Shown here: one piece after another, positions 54,201 through 64,000 of the stretch | Position numbering within the stretch: position 1 is the first letter of the stretch | Layout: every line of letters begins with the position of its first letter | Source: Leidyana gryllorum EB-2025a | Taxonomy: Eukaryota; Protista; Apicomplexa | Direction: 5' to 3' | Assembly: GCA_048772705.1 (NCBI GenBank) | Contig: JBLWGC010000104.1 | Location: 992,001 to 1,056,000, forward strand | Length of the DNA: 64,000 nucleotides | The notes under the pieces: generated by a model | The model's input: the letters and a program-made list of their open reading frames with translations, nothing else | Told to the model about the DNA's origin: nothing | The model's database searches: none | Translations under genes and position numbers: made by a program

Positions 54201-57200
54201 ACATACACTTCACGGATGAAGACACCTGAAGTTGTGTCTCATGAGGTACAAATGACGGTGGAGGGACCCTGGCATCTGGCGGTGGACGAAGAACTGATCG
54301 GCCAGGTGAAGAGGGTCGTGAGGTGTCTTCAGGGGTTGAACGAGCAAATGCTGCCACGAAGCATCGACGAGATTGAAGGGTCCGCCCAGCCAGAGGAAGA
54401 AGAGGATCTCATCTGGTTGGCCCCGTCTCCCCTGACATCTCAACTACCAGAAGCATCAGAAACACCGGAAGCACCGGAAACCACTCGCGACGAAGTTGCT
54501 TTGGCGGTCCCAACAACGACTCCAGCGAACGAACTCAAAGTTGCGGTGCGTGTACAAGGGGGATGTGTGTTGGGTCTCACTACTGGAGCTCTCCACTCGG
54601 CGTTGAACTGGGACAGTGAGAGTCAATCTTTGGTCTCAACGCCGCTGGCACGCATCAACGTCGGAGAAGTTGGCGCATTACTGAGTACCACTGACGCGAA
54701 AATACAGATGACAGATGCGACCATTGCCCTGTGGCATCCAGATGCAATGACTTTCGAGCCGCTTCTGGAGGTAGTGTCGACTTTGGTATTGCAAGGTCAG
54801 CTGGGACCGCCTGAACGAGTGGCTGTTCAAGCGCTCAATGAGGAGCCGTTGCTCGTGACGGTCACCCCGAATACCTTGCGCGCAGCTATGGCGGTCCCTA
54901 AGCTGCTGAGCGAGAGCGGGCCCACAACGCTTCCACAAGCGACGGCTTTGACAGGTTTCATTTTGAGGAATGAGTCCAGTCAATGTCACGAGATTTCGAT
55001 CTGCCTCGACTCGCTGCAGGAATGGGCGGCGAAGAAGGGTTGTATGTCGCGGCTGTGGGACGACCAACTGTTCCCAGGAGAGTCCAAACGGATTTGGATT
55101 CCATCCAATGTGCACATTTTCTGGCCAGCTGAAGGTCTTGCATACAGAATCATTATTCGCCATCGACGATGGGGATCGATCTCCTTCACAGCTGATCGGT
55201 TCTTCTCCTATATGACTCAGGATCCAGACTCCCTCAGTTTCCGAGATGGACAATTGCTGATCACCAAGCCGGCCACCAGAGGAGACCGAGAGTGGATACC
55301 GGAAGTCCTTCTGTTGACCCAAGACACCATTGTATCGAATGAAACCGGGCGGTCTTTGCAAATTATCTGGAAGGGCGAATCAGTGTACGTGGAGTGCAAA
55401 GATCACTCGAAGATTTACGTTCCGCACAACAGTAAGCGTCCTTCTGCGCCATTTCAATCCAGTGGCTAACCTTTCAGCTGAGGTACTTATCCGTCATTGC
55501 GATCGACCCCTACCCGGCAGTCTACAAGCGAACATGGACTCCAGCATGGCCACCTTGGAGTGGACCGAGGAGGACGCCGGGTCTCACGGGTTCATTATGG
55601 TCCACACCCAGAGAGAGTTAGTACCGCACTCTCAGCAGACACGGACTCGAATCTCATTGTCGGCTCCACTCGAAGTTCAGAATTGTACATGTCTCCCGTT
55701 GCAGTAAGCAGTTCTGTTGTCAAATTTTGATTGCGGTCCATGCAGAGTTGTCCTAACCGGATCTTTCGGTGAGGCAGTGTGCGCCCCAGACGCATGTGGA
55801 GATCCCGTGCTTTTGTTCGGCCTCGCTCAAGAGAGCAAGACAGAATTGGGAGTACGCGTGGGCGACTGGCATGGAGCTGTTCTCATTGATACGATCTTCC
55901 GGTATCAGCGGAAGGGAGAGTTGTCGACTTGCGAACTCCCTCTTCAATACACTGGGGAGAGTATGGGAACTGGAGTCGGTCCCACCTTGCGGGTCATGCT
56001 GACTAATGCTGGCCGAGGTGAATGCACTCTATTGGTCATCACCTTCGACGTCTGTATCATGAGCTCCTGGCCAATAACAGAAGTGAATTTGTCGAAGAGT
56101 GCCGTCCTTCCCTTCGAGAACCACCTTGTGTCTCCTGCTATGGCTGACCAGATGACGAGACTGATGGGCCCGCATTTCTATATGTACGCACTCACGTACG
56201 ATCATCTAAGGATGCTGTCCATCGATCTGCGGGTCACTACATCGGTTGAGGGCGTCGCCGCATTGCGATTCTTGGGCACCGATATGAGGAAAGCAAAGGC
56301 AGGATCTGTTCTCGACGGACAGATAATATCGTGGGAAGAGTGTAACACATTCCAAGATCGCCTCGTGGAGCCTCGGTCCATCTTTCGCATGCTCGACGAC
56401 GACGTGACAGCTTGTTTCGTGTCACGCCGTTGTGCCGCCCAAGTACCCAAAATGTTCGCAGCTCGTTCCACCTTCTGTGTCGTCAACAACTCGGCTCAAC
56501 CACTCATGTTTCGGAGACATCTTGACGAGTCATCTATACGCGAATGTGCACCCAACTCTTGTATGGACTTACCCATTCGCGAGGGCGAGGCGGGAACTGA
56601 GTTCCTGTCATTCGCTCCCGTCCAACTTCCTTCGGTGGATGACTCTCCATCATCGACGAGCAGAGTGTGTACATGGTGTACGATGAGGTTGCTACCATTT
56701 GACGGCCAACCGAGAGCTTTCAATGTAATGTCCGTCGACCATCGGTCGACTTACTATTGCTTCGCTGTCAGTTGGGAATGGCTTCCAACAGCAGGCTTTG
56801 CTTTGGTGATAAGTGACTCTCAAGCCGTGTCTCTGTCGCTGCCCTACGCATTTGCACCCGACTTCCGAGCTTCCAGACGTGTGGTGTCGCTCCACTTGGA
56901 GTGCAAATGGACGGGCGAAAGTACAACTGTGGTAGCGGGTGTCAACGATCCTCCCATACCTTTCGTTCCTATGACCGAAGACTATGCGGCCACCGGATTC
57001 ATGATTTCCACAGATGTCGACGAGCCTCGGCCGATCCATTTGTCGCAGATTCCTGATCACGGACGCTTCGTTCTGGATAGAGAAGCCTTCCGAGAAGCGA
57101 TGCCCAATGAAGTCGCTTTGGCTACCGCGATTCATTCCCCGACCGGTGGGTGTGACCGCTGGGTCGTTCGGAAGATTGAGGTTCGCGCCAGCGACTCCAC

Positions 57201-59378
57201 TACGGTTGAGCCCACGTTGTGTATGGCAGAGGCGAAGCAAATTCTGGGCACTGATGAAGACACGCGTTGGGCATTGTTGTGTAAGGCACAGACAGGTGGG
57301 CAGGAATGCTCAGTGAATCTACCAGCGGTCAATCTTTCGTTGTGTCTGGGATGCAATGGGGAGGAGTTGGCCGCTGTAACAGCCAATGGGTTGAGCATCC
57401 GGGCACGGTACAATGTGGATCAAGGTGTGGTGGCAAATCTGGAAATCAAGCGAATCCTGCTGACTCAAGATCACTTGCTGGAAGGAGTTCCATTCTTCTC
57501 ACGAGTTTGTAATTGGGGATCTGGGAGTGCGTATTGTCTGCGAGTATGTTCGCGAGTGGACCTCGTGAGAGACATCACTGGGTCCATTGTACCCCCCTAC
57601 ATCGTCCGCCTCTTGCTGGTCGACTTTGGAGACATGAGAGTGACATGCGATCTTCGCAACTTGGATACTTTGGTGCTACTCGGAGAGAAGATGTACGAGC
57701 TGCTGATGGAAGGGAGCAACGCCGCTGACCTCACCCACAATGAGTCGAAGCAGACGATGATGCGGGACCTTTTGGCCGATCGCATCTCTGCAGACTTCTC
57801 CCCATTACGGAATCGCAATATACGATTCTACATTCCATCCCAGTTTGGAGACTTCAACAAATGTCATATGATCTCACCGTGCAATCTTTACCTAAGTTTC
57901 CTCCCTATCCTTGACTACCAATTCACTTCGAAACTGTTCCGTGGGGATACCAAGTTACCCGTTGACTCCAACTGGGTCACAGTTCCGAGAGCATTAAAGT
58001 TCCTGCCAGTGGTGGGCGCGGTGTGTGAGGTGCCCATCAGCTTCAAGGAGATCCGACTGAACTCTTCCAAGCGATCGCGCGATGCCAATACGCATTCGCC
58101 AAGTGACCTGGTGGACATCATCTTGGCGCAATTGCGACCAAACATTTGGCAACAAGTAGCGCGCTTTGTTGGGCATCTCGATAGCTTGGGACAGCCCAGT
58201 CACGTTGTCGGGACATTGACTCGAGAGTTCATGAAACTGGCAGGCAAGGACGTGGATGACCAAGTTTTGCCGACGCCTGACAAGTTGGACGCGCTGACTA
58301 TTGAAGAGGAGGACGAAGAGGACAACGACGCCGTCCCAAGTCAGATACCCGGCAGCACTTCTCCCCAGACAGCACAGTCTAAGAAGAAGAGAAGACGGAG
58401 ACTGCTGGCGAGAGGATCGAAACGACGGTTGATCAAGTCCGTAACTCAAGACAGTCTCAATGGGATTTCTCGGGTCAGTTATCACATTGCCCAACTTGCA
58501 GCTACAATGCAAGGAGACGTCAAGAGACAACGAGTGGCCATCGAGTCGAGTTACAACAAACAGATCAAGGACTATGTCGAGCGGAACGGGCACAATATCG
58601 GCCATTTGATGCTCCTCAACGATGACTTGCATCAAAAGGAAATCCTTCCAAACTTGTCTTCGAGCACCAAAGCGTTGCAGGCTGTCGGAGCCGGCGTTGT
58701 CAATGTCTTTGAGGCTGCCGGAACCGCTTCGGCCGGCCTCGCCAGACACATCGGGGCTGATACTGTGTCTCTGAATACCGTGTTGACCCCACGGCCATTG
58801 TACGATCGAAGTTTCGAGGGGTCGGGAGTCTACCGAGGGTATTTGCGTTCACCTGTCAACGCCGCTGAAATCACGTTCAGTCAGTTGGGGATCCGTGTAG
58901 AACAGTAAGCAAAGACTTATCAGTCAGTCATTGAAAAGCTGTCCCTCCCCACTTTACAGATATGGCAGAATGTACGAACTGTTCCTCGACGCGAAACAAG
59001 AACAACAACTCGGTGTGTATCATCGAGTACTCGTTTTGGTGAGTTGAAATTGACACTTGTGTGATGTTTGAGCGGTTGGCATCGATTGGTTGTTTGACTG
59101 ATTCCCTGACTGACTACACATTCTCTTTTCTTCTTCTACCACTTTAGGTGACTCCGCGACCAATGTATGGCCCTGGAATGATCTTGATTGCTTACGATAC
59201 CATTGATGTTCTCCGACTAAGCCCCACAAATACTGCAGTGGAGGTTGCTGCTCAACCCTCTCGAAATATAGCCATCCAATTCGGGTCAGTGACAGAAGCT
59301 CAAAGATGCCTCAAGGTTCTGCGTAAACACTGGCTCCTCAACAAGCGAGAGCAAGCAGTGCAAGTAACGCCTACATGA
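48250..59378 (+). CDS. VPS13: VPS13-family bridge-like lipid transfer protein (divergent), multi-exon, over 3000 aa
   Basis: Consecutive plus-strand ORFs joined by short introns. LWHPDAMTFEPLLE matches the VPS13 WEPLIE motif. VAB-like N motifs are LRNES, VSNETG, VQNCTCLPL and VVNNSAQPL. LPAVNLSL..EELAAVTANGL is APT1-like. QQVARFVGHLDSLGQP corresponds to GSLDFLGNP. The tail is PH-like. Confidence 0.85.
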
Positions 59379-59449
59379 TGGGAGGGGACGCGGCTCATCA
59401 ACCTCTGAACTACAGGTCACCGCCATCCGCCCGCCATCCTGTAATTTGC

Positions 59450-60515
59450 TCAATAATCCATTTCGTATGGCCTGTGAACCGTCATGATTACACACGACAC
59501 ACCTGGAATCACCCACCTCAGGTCATCGATGGCTCGGAATACTGGGTTCGTTTCAATCTTCTCATGGGGCGCGGGAGGCGCAGAGTCCCACTTGACACGC
59601 TCGTCTCCGCACATGTGATAGACATGGTCTGATTCCGCTATTTCAGTGGGAATGATGGGACCAATGTACCGACGGCATTGCAGACACTCTCCTGGTACAC
59701 CGTAATCTTCTCTATCCGCCAAACATTCCGGGCATCGGGCTCGATTCACTATCATATCTACAAACACGGCACCCGAACAGATGAACTTGGCAAACCGATA
59801 GCACACACTTACCAAAGTCGCCACACTCCTCCAAGTCTTGAACAGCGACTTCATCCCCAACCGCACATCCATCCATCAGACACTGGGGAATCAGAGCTGT
59901 GAAACATCTGGGACTCAAGCACCATTCCACTCACTTCGCCCTTCATTGTTCTGCAACAAAATCTTAGCTCGCTCCCACTCATTGATCAACTCCACATTAC
60001 GTAGACCTGCACGCCGCCAAGACCGCAGGTGGAAAGGGACACCATGGCGCAATAGCTTACCTCGGCCATAGACCACATCCTTGTTGATATCCATCAGAAC
60101 ATATTTGATCCGCTTCCGAGCTAAGAAGTGCTGGAGCCTCAACGAGGCAAAATAGGAGTGGATAACCCCCTTCAACGATGATACAACCGCAATAACCTGA
60201 GGACAAGGTTGTCATTTTGGCCGAATCCCCCAAACGCACCTCAGCCGGCTCTTCAGGTGGCGGCGGTTGATTATAGATGGGCGGTGAGATATCGTCTCCG
60301 CTGTGACGAGCGAGCTCGGCAGCCTCCTCCAAACTCATCTCTTGCGACACTTCTTGAGCCACTGAATGCGTATACCGTTACCACTTTGCCGCCAGCAACA
60401 ACTCACTGCCATAGTCAAATTCGAGTGAAGGCTCCGGGTTTTCCGCCAGAAAGGCCTCTGCGCCAGCATCTAAGTCGACCGAATCTCCATATAAGTATGA
60501 AGGATCGTTACTCAT
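59450..60515 (-). CDS. Glutaredoxin-fold (SH3BGR/GRXCR-like) protein with C-terminal CxxC..CxxC; multi-exon
   Basis: ATG 60515 MSNDPSYLY. Spliced core VIAVVSSLKGVIHSY..LQHFLARKRIKYVLMDINKD..LIPQCLMDGCAVGDEVAVQDLEECGDFDMI, then CPEC..CLQC. Confidence 0.7.
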
Positions 60516-60587
60516 CTGACCGAGAGTGGTGGTGCACCCTCAAAACCCTCCATTAGTCAACACTTTTTTCGGGGCTGGAACCTCGAA

Positions 60588-63402
60588 ATGCGTATTGGTT
60601 GCACCGTTGTCCTCGCCTGCGCGGTTGAAGCCGCCTTCTGGAATCGTAAGCATCCGTAAGACGTTATAGACAGTGGGCCGCCAGATGAAGCAGGGGCTGT
60701 TGCGAGCGGCATTGCTATAGATCAATTGATCCCCTCACCGGTTGACAGCCGTAAACAAGAAGAAGGTGGTGCTGTCGGGCTCGACGGACAAAACCTCGAC
60801 GAAAGTGCGCAGAAGGAGGTTGCGAACCCGAATGTAGCAATTCCGACCCTCGCTGGCGCTCTCGCCCAGGACAGTAAGTGGAATGTCGGTTCTTACCGAC
60901 TAAAATCTTGGCTAGTCGGTGATGCCGGTGCTGCACAAGCCAACGACGAGGTTGCCGCCGCAGCCGCTGCGGGGCTCGAAGTCAAAGACAAAGACAGCGA
61001 CCTGCAGTCCCTGGCGTCCGCAGATGTAGCTGCTGCTGCTGCTGTTGCACCCACGACGCCGCAGGACGATGATGAAAAGGACGATGAAGAGAACGAAGAA
61101 GCACCGACGGATGTGGCGGAATCGATTAGCCCATCTCAACCTTCTGCCATCAGCCGTTTAGAGGCCGCTGCTGTGGACGCGACGACAACGAAAAGGTCTG
61201 ACGCAGATGTCGATACCGACAAGAATGCTGGTGATGCTGATGAAGAGCTCGCAGTGAAACAGGGAGACGAAAAGGCTGATGGCAAGGAAATGTTGGCGCT
61301 GGAAGCGAATGTGGTGGCTGGCTCAAGAAGTTCCGATCAACGGAAAGTTCCGGAAAGCGCAAACGAAGATGTCCTCTCTGGAGAAGAGGTTCGGGGTAAG
61401 GACATGCTGGGCGCCTTGGAAGGGAAGGTGTCGCAAGAAGATATCAACGCCCCTCCGGTTGATTTAAAGGACGCTCGGTTGCGACCTGCCGATTCCGACG
61501 AGGGTCTCTCTGCGATGGAACTCCAGCGTCGGTCTCTCGAGGTCGCCTTCGGTGACACAGGCAACCTGGATCGCTGGACGGTGATGCAGAGAGAAGGCCA
61601 ACCAAGCGCTAAATTCAGGTGGGTGATCCACGAATAGTCTGCGGCGGGAATCGTCTCATTTTAGCTGCTCGAATAAAGAGCCGCAGAAGCTGTTCCATGT
61701 AACTCGTATGCAAGCCGCGTCCGAGATTTCATTCCATGGGAGCAGTCCTGTGCTCGAAGTGATGGACTACGATGACTCTTTGTGGGGTTTCGGAAAGAAC
61801 ATCCCTAAGCCATGGAAGAAGTTCTGGGATTTTGATGATCAGGATGAGGACGGAGAGGCCATGCTCGCTCTGACCAATTTTACTTTGGAAGTCCATCCTT
61901 TGAACGCTGAAGGCCAAATTGATACAACGATTGAGAAGGACTTTGTCCGAGTGTACACTGAGCCGGATCATGAAGGAGATATGGTCCTGCTGGATACCAA
62001 CGAGTCTCTGCGCATTGTTTATGTGTGTACCGATGTTGGTCAAGCGATGATTAAGATGCATACGGTATGGATTGGTGGAAATGATCGTTTTCACGCTCCC
62101 CTCAGATAACGGCCGACGGTGTCGACCTCTGCTTCGCCTGGGTCAAAGAGTGTAAGCCGTCTTGGGAGGGTTTGAAGGTGGGTGTGGTCGCGTACCGCTT
62201 TTTCGATATTGTTTGCCCCGTTTCAGATCATTCAAAGCGGCAGTGGCGACACTGTGTGGGAGAACGGGAAAGTTGCATCCGACTGGGCGAGCCGTGACTC
62301 CACTGGCAGCAACAATGCTCTGTCGTTACAATTGGTTCATCCAGCCTCTGAAGGAAGTATTCGAATTAAGAGTGCGGCTGTGAGCAGTAATTCACCAGAC
62401 TTGAATGCTACTCTTCGTGGCATCATTGGAAGTCGAGATGATGCCGGAGTTGTCTCACTGGGCTACGAACAATCGGAACAACTCGATATTTTGTACAACT
62501 GCGCTGGCGACAAGTCTGGAGTCAAAGCTCATGTGACGTTGAAGATTGTCAACGAGTCTCCAGCAGTCCCTCCTCTCGAGGTTGAGTGGGTTGCCGAGTG
62601 CGGGAACGGTGATCTCTCGACCATCAACGCTATGGCTCTCTCTTGCTCTGTCGGAGGGAACCCTGCGGAACTCTTACCCGAGACAAATGCTATCGAGTCG
62701 GGAGCCGTCTCCTCAGCTTTCATGTCTGACCCGTATCAAGCAGAGGTGGTTGTCATCACACCCGATGACGACTGCACCAGCATCACCTTTACTTCGGCTG
62801 ACGATGAGATTCTGTCGCTCTTCCCCCAGCATCAGGTGAGGGAGGAATTTCAAGTCGGGGCTGGTTGACTTGACATCACGATCTGCAGTTACTATATGAC
62901 CACCGTGTGGTGGCAGTCGCGAATAAGGTGGGGACGGTTGAGACAAGTCTGTTGGGTGATGCGGTTCTTCGAATTGCTTACACCTGTATCGACGAGGGAG
63001 CGACTGATATGCACCTGACGGTCCATTTCCGCAATCGGCCTAGTGTTGATTTGCTTTGGAAAAAGGAGTGTCGAGCACCCGTTGTGCAGTAAGTGCTGCC
63101 TTTACAAAGGAAAGAGAGAGACATTGTTTGCAGTCGTGTTTCTGGTATCACGGGGGCGACTTTAGTTGGATGGCTGCTATTCCTCTTCATCGCGACTTTT
63201 ATGGTCTGCTTTATTTCACGATCGTAAGTCATCAATCTCTCACCCTTTCCTAACAGCTTTTCATTGCAGTCGCACAATCACCAAATACTTATGTAAGAGC
63301 GGGCTGTGTATTCATATTTATCCACATCTTATGGGTTTGCAGGTCGACGGTTGCGTGATCTGTGCTGCTGTATACGGTTCAGATTCTCGGGACGGCAGGT
63401 AG
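60588..63402 (+). CDS. Predicted type I membrane/surface protein: signal peptide, acidic stalk, three Cys-pair repeats, C-terminal TM helix; 3' end approximate
   Basis: MRIGCTVVLACAVEA signal peptide; intron 60646-60720; repeats LxIxYxC...WxxEC; TM segment ITGATLVGWLLFLFIATFMVCFI after intron 63089-63133. Confidence 0.65.
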
Positions 63403-63475
63403 CCGATGAAAGGGGACAGTTTTCCCAATTTGGTGCATCAGTGTAGCAGATTTTTTGCGTTTTTGGTCAGGCACG

Positions 63476-64000
63476 ATGAGTCTCAGCGATTCAGAGAAGA
63501 AACGTCTATGTGCTCACAGAGCTGTGGACCTATTCGTCAAATCTAACACTCTCATTGGTCTCGGCACAGGCACCACGGCCAATCATATTGTCGCCCGCAT
63601 TGCGGAGAAACTCAAGGATGGGTCCCTGACTAATGTCGTTGGAGTTCCTACCAGTGAGGCCACCGCTGCCGAGGCTAGGAAATGTGGTGTTCCGCTGATG
63701 GAACTTATCGAACTTGGCGATCGCCGCTTAGCTGTCACCCTCGATGGCGCTGATGAAGTTGCCATGGGACCCGCAGGCTACGACGTTGTCAAAGGTAAGT
63801 CAGTGGAAGCTGGTTCCAGCTGGCTGCACCGATTAATCTCTCTTCCACAGGACTCGGTGGAGCTCTCTTCCGAGAGAAACTGGTGGCTCTGGAGAGTGAT
63901 CACTACGTCATCATGGCTCTGGAGGACAAATTAAAGGAAGGTTTGGGAGTCTGCAAGATCCCAGCCGAGGTACTTCCATTCGGATGGTCTCGCACTGCTG
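63476..64000 (+). CDS. RPIA: Ribose-5-phosphate isomerase A, truncated by the window edge
   Basis: IGLGTGTT, VPTSEAT, LDGADEV; intron 63795-63850 joins VKG-LGGALFREKLVA. Confidence 0.96.

Noticed and set aside
48235-59378. Fragmented ORFs as pseudogenes, frameshifts or an alternative genetic code
   Set aside because: The breaks I checked coincide with short GT-AG introns that restore the frame, and the standard code gives intact conserved motifs.
1-64000. rRNA, tRNA, transposons or viral insertions
   Set aside because: No recognisable RNA-gene motifs, transposase/RT/integrase motifs or terminal repeats. The window is almost fully occupied by protein genes, though small ncRNAs could be missed by eye.

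Overview
This is eukaryotic nuclear DNA from a very compact, roughly 50-55% GC protist genome. Most GT-AG introns are about 37-60 nt and many intergenic gaps are under 60 nt. An alveolate, possibly a gregarine-type apicomplexan, is my inference and cannot be proven from sequence alone. I reconstructed about 23 protein genes by hand-splicing. Recognisable ones are AP-1 mu adaptin, an NDR-like AGC kinase, RBM39/CAPER, a divergent HUS1, an exosome RNase PH subunit, PCMT, two tandem TLC-domain proteins, four tandem ABCB/P-glycoprotein genes, VPS13, a glutaredoxin-fold protein and RpiA. The rest include a 2061-aa low-complexity protein, a secreted pacifastin-like/mucin protein and several unknowns. 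The most notable observations are: (1) a ~17 kb co-oriented ABCB array with a bacterial-type, intronless ABM/quinol-monooxygenase gene inserted in it. Two pumps have canonical motifs, one has a single degenerate ATP site, and one full-length copy has both ATPase sites degenerate. (2) A candidate in-frame-stop 'poison' exon in the one unusually long intron of RBM39. (3) An unknown 982-aa protein built from two diverged copies of a ~320-aa domain. (4) A pacifastin-like secreted protein. (5) Extreme gene packing, including overlapping CDS ends. No rRNA, tRNA, CRISPR or transposon was recognised. All family calls come from motif recognition by eye; no searches were run.
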